Origin: an uncultured Actinomycetes bacterium
Lineage (GTDB): Bacteria > Actinomycetota > Thermoleophilia > Gaiellales > F1-60-MAGs149
DNA: 64,000 nt
Assembly: GCA_963779685.1 (NCBI GenBank)
Contig: CAVZZG010000001.1
Coordinates: forward strand, 748,102-812,101
Direction: 5' to 3'
Part shown: positions 31,008 through 40,904 of the stretch, piece by piece
Position numbering within the stretch: position 1 is the first letter of the stretch
Layout of the letters: the number at the start of each line of letters is the position of its first letter
The notes under the pieces: generated by a model
What the model was told of the DNA's origin: nothing
The model's input: the letters and a program-made list of their open reading frames with translations, nothing else
Database searches by the model: none
Position numbers and translations under genes: made by a program

Positions 31008-31017
31008 CCGCCGCGGG

Positions 31018-31833
31018 CTACGGGACCCGGGCGGTCGCGAACCAGGCGCGTGCGGTCAGCTCGAACGGTCCCGAGGGTGCGCCGAGCCGCTCGCGCACGA
31101 GCTCGCGAACGCGCGCGCGGCGCTCCTCGTCCAGCGCCAGGCAGTGCGCCCCGGCCGGGCCGACGCCGCCGAGGAACCCGTCCCACGCGTCGTGGAAGCC
31201 GGTGTACGTCGTCGAGGCCTCGAGCGCGCCGCCGCGCACGTCGGCCAGGCCCGCGGCCGTAAACAGCGCCGCGATCTCGCCGTCGTGGCCGAAGCGCCGC
31301 TCGCGGAACTCGCTCGGCGCGTCCGGTTCGACCGCGATCGCCGCGTCCCAGTAGGCGCGCAGGATCACCATGCCGGGGCCGAAGTCCCACACGCAAGCGC
31401 CAACCGTGCCGCCCGGCACGACGACGCGGCGCAGCTCGGCGGCCGCCGCCTCCGGGTCGGACACGAAGTGCAGCACGAGCTGGGCGAGGGCGAGGTCGAC
31501 CGAGGCGTCGGCGAGCGGGAGCGCCTCCGCGGTGCCTGCGAGCACCGCGACGCCGGGATTGCGCTCGCGGCAGGCGGCGACGAAGACGCCCGAGGGGTCG
31601 ACCCCCGTGACGGCGGCAGGCCCGAGGTGGCTCGCGAGCTCCGCGGTCAGCGCGCCCGGGCCGCAGCCGACGTCGAGCGCGCTGCGGACGCCGTCGAGGC
31701 CGACGGCGGCGACGAACGCCCGCGCGAGCGACGGCGCGTAGCGTCCGATGAACCGGTCGTACGCGCTCGCAGGGCCGGTGAAGGTCTGCGCGCCGGCGGC
31801 GAGCGCCACCCGCGGTGCCGGATCGTCGTGCAC
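31018..31833 (-). CDS. Class I SAM-dependent methyltransferase
   Basis: Motif I LDVGCGPGALT and post-I/II LADASVDLALAQLVLHFV. The start is placed at in-frame GTG 31833, and the upstream part of the 31018..33426 ORF is an alternate frame. Confidence 0.75.
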   Translation of the reverse strand: MHDDPAPRVALAAGAQTFTGPASAYDRFIGRYAPSLARAFVAAVGLDGVRSALDVGCGPGALTAELASHLGPAAVTGVDPSGVFVAACRERNPGVAVLAGTAEALPLADASVDLALAQLVLHFVSDPEAAAAELRRVVVPGGTVGACVWDFGPGMVILRAYWDAAIAVEPDAPSEFRERRFGHDGEIAALFTAAGLADVRGGALEASTTYTGFHDAWDGFLGGVGPAGAHCLALDEERRARVRELVRERLGAPSGPFELTARAWFATARVP

Positions 31834-31858
31834 CCGGCGATCGTACACGGCCCGCAGA

Positions 31859-33241
31859 TCAGCGCGGGTCGAAGATGCTCGGCGCCGGCTGCTGGCCGGC
31901 GAGCAGGAGCGCGATCTGGCGACCGCCGTGGATCGAGGGCAGGAAGCCGACGCCGTTGCATCCGAGGTTGTAGAGCAGCGAAGGTCGGCCCGGGGTGGGC
32001 GCCGATCACGCGCACCATCCCGTCCATGTAGCCCATCAGCCCGTGCCAGTGGAAGTCGTAGGGCTGCCCGGCCGGCCGCGCGCGCTGCGCGTAGGGGCGC
32101 ACCGCGGTGTCGAGCTCGGTCAGCAGCTCCCCGGGGAACGGCGCCCAGGGGTCGTAGACGCCCTCGTGCGGCCACTCCGGTCCGCCCATGCAGGTGAGCG
32201 TCACGGCGCCGCCGGGCTGGTCGTAGGTTCGCCGGGTGATGTACACGTACGCCGACTCGCCGCTGCCGACCGTCTGGTTTCGGATGTAGCTCATGGCCGT
32301 GGGCGTGCGCGCGTGCTGTTCGGCGAACGCGGCCATGAACCCGTAGGTGCCGACGACCCGCTGCTCCGGATGGAGCAGCAGCGGCGTCCCGGCCTCGTCC
32401 TCGACGACGTGCCTGGAGTAGCCATTGGTGCACAGCACGACGCGCGCCGCGCGCACGCGACGGCCGTTCGCCTGCAGCTCGACGCCGGCCGGTGCGACGA
32501 CGACGCGCTCCACCTCGGTGTGGTCGGCGAAGTGCAGCCGGTCGGGGTACCGGCGCTCGAGGTAGGCGAGCACCTGCTGGCACAGCAGGCCGCTGTTGGC
32601 GGCTCCCTTGCGGTCGGACAGCACTGCCCGGTAGCGATCGTCGTCGGTCTCGAGCAGCTCGCGGATGCGCGCCTGCGGCACGACCGTGTAGAGCGCGGCG
32701 AACTCGGCCGGGATCTCGTCCACGAAGTCGGCTTCGGCGGAGACGGCGCACGGCTCGAGCCGGAGGCCGCCCTGCGCGCGCAACTGGTTGTTGCGCAGGT
32801 GCACCAGCACGTGGTCGAGGGAGAACATGCCCATGTGGCCCGTGAACCGCTCGATGCGGACGGTCGCGCCCGCCTCGGTCGACCATCAGGTCGAGCAGGT
32901 CGTGGGCGTCGTCGAACGCGCGCTGGCCCTCGATCGCCAGCGTCGGGGCCGAACTGCTCGGCGATGTCATACAGGGGCCGCTCGAAGTAGGTGGTGAGCT
33001 GGCCCGCGTTGCGGCCGCTCGCGCCGTGCGCGACACGGTCGCGCTCGAGCACGAGGACGCGCAGGTCGGTCGAGCGCAACGTGAAGAACGCCGTGGCGAT
33101 GCCGGCGATGCCCGCGCCGACGATGGCGACGTCGGTCTCGACGTCCGTCTCGAGTGGCCGCGGGTCGCCGAGCGGCTCGAGCTGCGCGATCCAGGGCGAC
33201 CTGACGGGCAGGTCGGGATAGGTGGTCTCCGTCTGCGACAC
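31859..33241 (-). pseudogene. FAD-dependent (DAO-family) oxidoreductase, three frame breaks
   Basis: The N-terminus DVAIVGAGIAGIATAF...HGASGRNAGQL leads to IEGQRAFDDAHDLLDLMV, then MGMFSLDHVLVHL...VVLCTNGYS...FHWHGLMGYMDGMVRVIG, then PSLLYNLGCNGVGFLPSIHGGRQIA...FDPR and the stop at 31859. Minus-strand frames run 2>1>0>2. Confidence 0.7.
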
Positions 33242-33395
33242 GTCGGAAACCCCCGTTGCGTTCCTCCATCCTGGGCTCCTTCCGCGTCGCGCGCCCGCGA
33301 GCGTCCGTTCGAACGACCCGCAGGCGACAACGTAGCAATCGCGGGAGGGTCGGACCGGGATTGTGGCGAGCGCGGCGGGTCGAGGTGGGCTCTCG

Positions 33396-33427
33396 TGATG
33401 ATAAGATGATACAATCTAGTTATCATG
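33396..33427 (+). promoter_or_regulatory. AT-rich promoter/operator-like element in front of the Fic gene
   Basis: TGATGATAAGATGATACAATCTAGTTATCATG. It contains a GATGATA direct repeat (33397-33403 and 33405-33411), an inverted ATGATAA/TTATCAT (33398-33404 and 33420-33426) overlapping the ATG, and a TACAAT -10-like hexamer at 33410-33415. Confidence 0.35.
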
Positions 33428-34585
33428 TCGTCGATCTATGCCCCCCCGCGGCTCGGCCGTGCCGAACTGCGAGTCATCGCGGAGGTCGATGAGCTCCGTC
33501 AGGAGCTTGGTAGCGCCGTGGGGGATCACGAGCCCCGACGCTGGGTCGGGAGCCTGCGGCGGATGTCGCTGGCCCGCAACGTGCAGGCGTCGAACAGCAT
33601 CGAGGGGTACAACGCGACCTTCGAGGACGCGCTGCTCGCCATTGACGGCGAGCAGGCGATTGGTGCCGACGCCACAACCCAGGCGGCGCTCGCTGGCTAT
33701 CGCGATGCGATGACCTACGTGCTCCAGGTGGCCGACGACCCGGCGCTCTCGATTGACGAGGGCCTGCTGAAGGCCCTGCATTTCATGATGCTCAAGCACG
33801 ACCTCGCCCACTCGCCCGGCCGGTGGCGACGCGGCCCGATCTCCGTCCGTCGCGAGCCGACCGGGGACACCGTCTACACCGGCCCGGACTTCGAGCACGT
33901 GCCGGATCTGATCGAAGCCCTCATCGGGACGCTCGACGGAGACCCCGAGGCGGTGCTCGTGCGCGCTGCCATGGCGCACCTCAACCTCGTCATGATCCAC
34001 CCCTTCCGCGACGGCAACGGCCGCATGGCGCGCTGCCTCCAGACCCTCGTGCTCACCCGGGCAGGGACCGCCAACCCGGTGTTCTCGAGCATCGAGGAGT
34101 ACCTCGGTCGAGACACACCGGCCTATTACGACACCCTCGCGCGCGTTGGCGAGGGGGCGTGGAATCCCCGCAACGACGCCCGTCCATGGATCCGGTTCTG
34201 CCTCACGGCCCACCTGCGCCAGGCCCGGACCATGCTCCGCCGCGTCGAGGAGACCCATCGGCTGTGGACGGCGTGCGAGGCGCTCGTCCACGAGCGGTCG
34301 TTGAACGAGCGGATGATTGGCGGGCTGCTCGACGCCGCGCGCGGCATACGTTTGCGCCGGCCCAGCTACATCCGGCTCGTGTCGCTCACCGCCGGCGAGG
34401 ACATCGCCGACCTGACGGGCAGCCGAGACCTCCGGCAGATGGTCCTCGCCGGCCTGCTCGAGCCTCGCGGCGCAGCACGCGCCCGCTACTACGAAGCGTC
34501 GCCGATCCTCGCTGCTCGATGGGAGGAGATCCGCGCGGCCCGACCCGCGACGCTGATAGCCGACCCGTTCACGGCGATTCGTTGA
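33425..34585 (+). CDS. Fic-family protein (AMPylase-type), class II-like with an N-terminal inhibitory motif
   Basis: 386 aa. Contains the Fic motif HPFRDGNGRMAR. The N-terminal SNSIEG fits the [ST]xxxE[GN] inhibitory helix. The C-terminal region is helical and wHTH-like. Confidence 0.9.
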   Translation: MSSIYAPPRLGRAELRVIAEVDELRQELGSAVGDHEPRRWVGSLRRMSLARNVQASNSIEGYNATFEDALLAIDGEQAIGADATTQAALAGYRDAMTYVLQVADDPALSIDEGLLKALHFMMLKHDLAHSPGRWRRGPISVRREPTGDTVYTGPDFEHVPDLIEALIGTLDGDPEAVLVRAAMAHLNLVMIHPFRDGNGRMARCLQTLVLTRAGTANPVFSSIEEYLGRDTPAYYDTLARVGEGAWNPRNDARPWIRFCLTAHLRQARTMLRRVEETHRLWTACEALVHERSLNERMIGGLLDAARGIRLRRPSYIRLVSLTAGEDIADLTGSRDLRQMVLAGLLEPRGAARARYYEASPILAARWEEIRAARPATLIADPFTAIR

Positions 34586-34593
34586 TCCACGCT

Positions 34594-34618
34594 TCGTCTC
34601 ACCGTCCGGTCGAGACGA
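34594..34618. terminator. Possible bidirectional hairpin between the convergent Fic and ADH genes
   Basis: TCGTCTC (34594-34600) pairs with GAGACGA (34612-34618) around an 11-nt loop. There is no U-tract. Confidence 0.25.
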
Positions 34619-34619
34619 G

Positions 34620-35567
34620 CTATGGGGTGAGCACGATCTTGCCGCGCACGCCGCCGGCCTCGAGGGCGCGGTGGGCGTCGGCAGCTGCCGCTAGCGGCAG
34701 GACCCGATCGACCAGCGGGCGTAGCCGCCCGTCGGCGGCGAGCCCGGCCAACTCGTCGAGCCCAGTCCGGGACGGCGACGTGAAGAAGAGATGCAGTTCG
34801 ATGCCGCGCTGCCAGCCGGCCAGCAGCACCTGCGGCCGGTCGGTGTCGACGATGCTCGCGATCCGGCCGTCTGGCGCCAGCAGCTCGAGTGCCTGCTCGA
34901 TGGCGGCGCCCCCGACCGTGTCGAGCACCACGTCGACGCCGCGGCCGTCGGTCGCGGCCAGCGTCGCCGCGACCGTGTCCTGGGTGCGGTAGTCGATCAC
35001 GACGTCGGCGCCGAGGTCGCGCACGAGGGCGGCATTGGCCGCCCGGCAGGTCGCGATCACGCGCGCCCCTCGGAGCGTGGCCAGCTGGACGGCGAAGGAG
35101 CCGACGCCGCCGGCGCCGGCGTGCACCAGCACCGTCTCACCGGGGGCCAGGCGGGTGCGGGTGAGCGCCTCGCGCGCCGTCAGGCCGGCGACGGGCAGCG
35201 TCGCGGCCTCGATCGCCGCGAGCCCCGCCGGGCGCCGCGCCACCAGCGCTGCCTCGATCGCGTGGAGCGTCGCATAGGTGCCGTGACCGGTGAAGAGCAG
35301 GGCCATCGCCAGCACGCCGTCGCCGACCGCGAGGTCGGTCACGCCCACCCCAACGGCGAGGACCGTGCCGGACAGGTCGGAGCCGACGACCAGCGGCACC
35401 GCCGCCTGGTCGGCGTAGTCGCCGCGGCGTGTCTGCACGTCGACCGGGTTCGCGGTCGTCGCCTCGACCCGCACCAGCACCTCGCCGGGGCCGGCCGCCG
35501 GGTCGGGAAGCTCGCGCTGCTCGAGCACGTCGGGCCCGCCGAACCGGCTGACGACGATGGCCCGCAC
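34620..35567 (-). CDS. Quinone oxidoreductase / zinc-type alcohol dehydrogenase (MDR) family
   Basis: GTG 35567 opens VRAIVVSRFGGPDVLE. Also present are LVHAGAGGVGSFAVQLA and GKIVLTP at the C-terminus. 315 aa. Confidence 0.85.
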   Translation of the reverse strand: MRAIVVSRFGGPDVLEQRELPDPAAGPGEVLVRVEATTANPVDVQTRRGDYADQAAVPLVVGSDLSGTVLAVGVGVTDLAVGDGVLAMALLFTGHGTYATLHAIEAALVARRPAGLAAIEAATLPVAGLTAREALTRTRLAPGETVLVHAGAGGVGSFAVQLATLRGARVIATCRAANAALVRDLGADVVIDYRTQDTVAATLAATDGRGVDVVLDTVGGAAIEQALELLAPDGRIASIVDTDRPQVLLAGWQRGIELHLFFTSPSRTGLDELAGLAADGRLRPLVDRVLPLAAAADAHRALEAGGVRGKIVLTP

Positions 35568-35596
35568 GAGCGCATCGTAGCCATCGGGCCTTGATC

Positions 35597-38500
35597 TCAG
35601 TCGTCGACCTGCCCGGCCAGCGCGAGCGAGTCGACGCGGTCGCCGACGAGCAGCCGCACCCGCACGACCGCCCGCGTCACCCACGCCTCGCGCGCGAGCC
35701 GCTCGACGCGGCGCTCGGCGCTGTACACCACCACGTGGCCGGTCGCGGGCGGTCTCGACGACGAAGCCGGTGAAGTCGCCGAAGTGGTCGTAGCGCAGCG
35801 AGACGACCTTGCCGGTGACCGTGCCGGCGGCCGTGGCATCGCGGTCGTCGCCGGACTCGTCGTCGCGGTCGTGCCCGTGGCCGTCGTGCGGCCCGTGGCC
35901 GCCGCACCACTTCCACGGGTGCTTCCAGTCGCCGTCGCCGGTCGCGACGATGATCGTCGGGTCGCCGCCCATGCCGGCGACGCGGCCCGCGTAGAGGTCG
36001 ACGTACCGGCGGAACACCGGCCACCACTTCGTCTCGAGCGGCACCGACTGCTCGATGTGGCGCAGGATCGACAGCGTGCGCTCCTCGTCGGCAGGAGCAT
36101 CGGCGCCTTGGTGCTGACCGGGATCTCGAGGCCGAAGGCGCCGATCGTACGTCGGTAGAGGAAGCCCTTGCGGGACTCCGTCATCGAGGGAGCTCTTCAT
36201 GACCGTCGCAGGGGCGACGGCGCCGATCGCGACGTTGCACGTGCTTGCGCGCCGCGCGATCGTCTCGTGCCGATCTCGACCTGCCGCCCGACGCCGAAGC
36301 GGGCGCCGGTGATCTGGCGCACCCGCACCGAGTAGCGCTCGCCCTTGTGCACGGTCGGCGGCAGCTCGACGGCCATCAGGCCGACGTGGTCGACGGTCGG
36401 ACGGCGCCCGGCACCGGCACGAACGTCACGCCGCCGGCCTCGCAGCGACGAGCGTGTGGGCGTCGACGAGCGCGAGCCGGTTCGAGACGTACATCGTGTG
36501 CGCCCAGTCGAGCGCGGCGGCCGCGTCGACGGTCGGCAGGTAGATCGACGCGCCGGGTGCCGGCCGGGCACGTTGCCCCAGTCGATCATCAGCTCGTCGG
36601 GCCGGCCGTCGAGCGGCGACGGCCGGCGTCGGCCGGATCTGCAGCGTCTGCGGAGCCACCCGCGAGTCGACCACGCCCGGGTTCGGGACGCCGACGAAGG
36701 TGAGGTTGCGCTGCGCGAGCTTGTCGGAGGTCGACGGGTCGGCCGCAGTTCGGGATCGTCTGGCCGTCGAGGTTGAGCTCGACGATGCAGGCACTGGTGG
36801 AGGCTGCGAACGTGCTGCTGGATCGACAGCAGCGGGCCCGTGCCCTGGAACGGCCCGTCCGGCAGGTTGGCCGGCGTCGATGCCGATCAGCCGCGCCGGG
36901 GAAGCGCAGGTCGGTGGGCTGGTTGATGTCGAGCCAGCAGCCGAAGTAGGCGACGACCTCCGCGCCCGAGGCTGTCGTGGACGATCGTGCGGACGTTCGG
37001 GGCGTCGGTCTGCGTGGTCATGCTGACCGTCGCCGAGTTCGACGCGCGGCTCGGCGAAGAACGGGATCGTCATGATCTCGTCGCCCTGCCGACCGAGCAG
37101 CGGCACGTGGCGCGACCCCGCGGTGAAGCGTGCGGTAGAGCGTGGTCGGGTCATGGACGGCGTTCGTCTGCTGGGCCGGCCACATGCGGAAGAACGCGCG
37201 CACGTTCGGCGCGTCCTGGTTGAGGTCGCGTAGCCGCACCCGGCGACGGCGAAGTTGAAGACGCCGGTGCCCGGCGCCGTCGGTCGGCGCGAGCGTCAGC
37301 GCCTCGGGGTCCTCGTGCGGGTCGATCGCGTCGAACTCGCTGCCCAGCGCCGGGATGCCCGTTCAGGTTGGTGAGCACGCGACTGGATGAAGCTCGTTGC
37401 GACGTTGCCGGCGGCGCCGCTCGTCGCGAGCGTCGCGCCGAAGCGGTGGCCGCCCTCGGTGACCTGGAAGACGCGGATGTCGATGCTCGTCCACCAGTCG
37501 AGGCCGCGACCCGGGTCGCCGTCGAGGATGTACGGGTCGGGCGACTGGAGCAGGCGCAGCACGCCGGCGTTGGCGACGGTCTGGCCGGCGGCGGTGAGCA
37601 CGGCCGTCGCGGTGATGATCCTGCGATCGGCCCGGTGAAGCTGAACATCGCGTCGCTGTCGAAGCTGGAGGACGAACGGGAACGTGAACCGCTGCGGCAC
37701 GTTCGGCGGCATGCTCGGATCCTCCGGCAGCACCTTGCCCCGCTGCACGACGTGCAGTCCGCCGACGGGGACGGGAAGGTCGGCGACGATCGGCGGCGAC
37801 GCGAGGTTCGCGGCGGTCAGGCCGAGCTCGGCGGCGGTGTAGCCCTCGACCACCACGAGGATGGCGGGATCGATCATCGGCCGGCGCCCCGTTCAGCGAG
37901 ATCAGCGCCTGCACCTCGCCGTGGCCCGACGGTCGAGCGGTCCATGACGAGGAAGCAGTCGCGGGTGCCGACGCTGACCGGGCAGCGCCGCCGAGGCGAT
38001 GCCGTTGGCGACCACCTCGAGGTTCCAGGCGCCGGGCGGGATGTTCGCGGGCACCTCGACGACGGCGGTGACCGTCGCCGTCCCGGTCGCGATGCCCATC
38101 GTCGAGAAGTCGCGCGTGCGCAGGTAGTGCACGTCGCCTGAGGCATTCGTCAGCCGGACCAGCGGGTAGTTCGTGGCGTTCTGGCGGTCGTCGCCGTAGC
38201 CGTTGGCGTGGGTGAGGCCGTTCAGCTGGGTGCCGGCGATCTGGTATGCGTGCCCGGCGATCAGCGCCGACGGGGCGGCCGTGAGCGGTCGGCCGCCAGG
38301 ACGCCTGCGGCGTCAGCTCGGCCGCGTCCGGGGCGTACTCGTTGATCGTGTTCTGCTCGCCGCTCATCAGCACGTGGCCGTTGGGCAGCAGCAGGAAGCA
38401 GCACTGCCAGGTGTGCCCGGGCGGGCTCGACGGCTGGTTCGGCTGCGTCGTCAGGGTGGTGGCGGTCTCGTTGACGTCGCAGATCGTGACCGGCCCCGAG

Positions 38501-39489
38501 AAGAACTGGCCGCCTGCGTCGACCGGGCCCGAGGTGACGAGCACGTGGCCGTTGGGCAGCACGACGACGGCGCCGTCGAGCGAGGTCTGCAGGCCGGCGG
38601 GGGCGTTGGTGTTGCCGGCGTCGGCCGGGCAGGTCGGGCCCGGCGACCCATGAGCCCTTGGCGGTCGGGGTCGCACCGGAGGTGTAGACGCCGGTGTGGC
38701 CGCTACCGCCGACGAAGAACGCCTTGCCGTTCATCAGCGTCACGGCCCCGCCGATCTCGTTCAGCGTCGTGCCGCCGATCGCGCCGACCGGCAGCGTCGA
38801 GGCGGTCGACGCCCGCGCTCACCCACTCGTCGCGGCGACGGCACGTACATCTCGGCGTTCTGGGTCGTGGTCGTGCCTGCGATCTGCACCGTGAGCACGT
38901 TGCCGTTGGGCAGCAGGCACCAGCTCTCCTCGTTGGCGGCGCCCACCTTGGTGTTGGCGACCGTGCCGAACTTCGTGCCCGACTCGATCCAGGTGTCGGT
39001 GACCGGATCCCAGATCGCGTTGCGCGGCCGTCGAGAGCGCGCCGAACATGACCCGGCCGTCCTCGAGCACGATCGAGACGCAGTCGCCGACGATGAAGTC
39101 GAAGCCCGGCGTCGGCTTGTTCAAGCGTCGACCAGGTGCCGGATCCGGGCTCGAAGATCTCGGCGCGGGTGTCGTTGTCGGTGTTGGTGTCGGTGTCGCC
39201 GAGGATGTCGGAGTACTCGCCGCCGACGACGAACACGCGGCCGTCCTTCAGCACGCCGCTGCCGAAGTACTTGCGCTGACCGGTCATCGGCAGCGCGCTC
39301 GACCAGGTGCCGTTGCGGTAGTCGCCGTGACCGTCAGGCGTGAGGCGGTACCAGTTGCGCCCGCCGTAGGTGTCGCTCGAGCGACGGCCGGTTGGCGTCG
39401 TGCACGAGCACGGTGCCGTCGGTGAGTAGCAGCATGGTGCCGGCCCTGCACGCCCGACGGTGCGTTGAACGTGTTCCAGGTGCCGCTCA
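35597..39489 (-). pseudogene. Heavily frame-broken (at least 20 breaks) large locus with N-terminal Kelch/galactose-oxidase-like beta-propeller + Ig-like domain and an uncharacterised ~750-codon remainder. It reads as one long gene but could be 2-3.
   Basis: GAGGAGGGG RBS 4 nt before ATG 39489. MSGTWNTFNAPSGVQ / AGTMLLLTDGTVLVHDAN / GRRSSDTYGGRNWYRLTPDG...GVLKDGRVFVVGGEY / LNKPTPGFDFIVGDCVSIVLEDGRVMFGA / ESWCLLPNGNVLTVQ / TLMNGKAFFVGGSGH / VVVLPNGHVLVTSGP...LLLPNGHVLMSGE are the blades. TVTAVVEVPANIPPGAWNLEVVANG is Ig-like. Unassigned segments follow, ending GKVVSLRYDHFGDFTGFVVET...VRVRLLVGD and the stop at 35597. Confidence 0.55.
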
Positions 39490-39743
39490 TCGAGCCCCTC
39501 CTCGGTCCGGAATGCGTGCGCACGCGCCGCGACGGCCGTCGCCAGCCGTCTCCGCGCGTCACCGTGGCGTCACGCCGACGAACGCCGTACCCGGAGACGA
39601 ACCTCGATCACGCATGGCGCGGGTTCGAGCGGGCCGGCAGTACACGTCTGCTGTTAGCAGGGTGGGCCCCGGCCGCGGCAGATTCAAGGACAGGTACGCC
39701 TAGCTTTGGGGCGGGACACGGCCTGGCCTGGTGGGCTAGCCCG

Positions 39744-40904
39744 TCACTTGAACGGCACGGTGACGGGCCCCGGCACGCGTTGGTACACGGCGAAGAAGTC
39801 GCGGTCGTCGGGCACGAGGTAGCGCGTCTTCGGCTGCTGGTAGTTGGGCACGACCTTGACCGGGCCGAGCCCGCCACGGTGGGTGTAGGTGATCAGCGTC
39901 GGCCACTCCGGGTTGATGTCGAGCTGCATCGCGCGCACGGCGCCGGCCCGCTGCAGGATCGTCGCGAGGGTGGTCACCGTCTGCCAGTCGGCCGCGGCGT
40001 AGATGAGGTTGCCGTGCCGGTCGATGCCGGCGCCCGTGCGCCAGACGCGGGTGGCGTTGCCGAGGGTGTAGCCCCACTGCGAGCTGTCGTTCAGGGCCGG
40101 GTTGAGGCGCCCGTGGTCGACGATCAGGGGCAGGCTCTGGCGCGCGAAGGCGATGTCGGGGCCGGCCACCGCACCCGCGCGCCAGCGCTTCACGTCGACG
40201 CGGCCGTCGCGGTACGCGACCAGCGTCGCGAGGCCCTGCTTGAGCGGTTCGTACTGCCTGCCGTTGATCGACGATCCGTTGCTGCCGTCCTTGTAGATGA
40301 AGCCGCCGTTGAACGTCGCGAGCAGGCGCCAGCGCTGGTCGTGGGGCACTTGCATCGGCCCCCGCACCGGCGCGCTGGGCGGTTCGTAGCGGCCGGGGTA
40401 CCAGCTGACCGCGGTGCGCGAGCTGTCGAACCAGGCGAGATAGGCGAGCGTCCGCGGGTAGGCGACCTCGGGCCGGAAGGTCGTCACGAGCACGGGCGGC
40501 CTTCCGGCCATGACGGGGCCGGTGCCCGACCACACGCCCTCGCCCGGCAACGCGTGTCTGAAGGCCAGATCGATCTTCGGTGGCGTCTCCATGGCGGCCG
40601 TGGTGGCCGGTGGAGGGCCGACGCCGAGCTTCGGCACGCTCCTCAGCTGGGGGCCGCCAGGGTCCGGCGCCTGCCAGCTGAAGTAGTAGTGCTCGACCTC
40701 GTCCACGAGCCAGTTGCCGTGGTGCTGGCGGATCCATTCGACGCTGCGCGGCCACAACGGCAGGCTCGACGGCTGCAGCATCGACGTCGTGTAGGAGTAG
40801 GCCACGGGCACGAGCAGCACCAGCGCCACGACCGCCGCCCAGCGCCCGGCGCGCCGCCGCCGGCGTCGTCGGCGGGGAGGGCGCGCGCTCCTGGTCAACT
40901 CCAC
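39744..40904 (-). CDS. Phosphodiester glycosidase (NAGPA/DUF2233) family protein, membrane-anchored
   Basis: GTG 40904 opens VELTRSARPPRRRRRRRRAGRWAAVVALVLLVPVAY (TM anchor). The C-terminal domain contains LATFNGGFIYKDGSNGSSINGRQY...GAGIDRHGNLIYAAA...QLDINPEW. Confidence 0.8.
   Translation of the reverse strand: MELTRSARPPRRRRRRRRAGRWAAVVALVLLVPVAYSYTTSMLQPSSLPLWPRSVEWIRQHHGNWLVDEVEHYYFSWQAPDPGGPQLRSVPKLGVGPPPATTAAMETPPKIDLAFRHALPGEGVWSGTGPVMAGRPPVLVTTFRPEVAYPRTLAYLAWFDSSRTAVSWYPGRYEPPSAPVRGPMQVPHDQRWRLLATFNGGFIYKDGSNGSSINGRQYEPLKQGLATLVAYRDGRVDVKRWRAGAVAGPDIAFARQSLPLIVDHGRLNPALNDSSQWGYTLGNATRVWRTGAGIDRHGNLIYAAADWQTVTTLATILQRAGAVRAMQLDINPEWPTLITYTHRGGLGPVKVVPNYQQPKTRYLVPDDRDFFAVYQRVPGPVTVPFK

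Noticed and set aside
39601-39640. tRNA-like GGTTCGAGC T-loop motif in the intergenic region upstream of the Kelch locus
   Set aside because: The flanking bases do not form a T-stem, and there is no acceptor stem or anticodon arm. It is a chance match.
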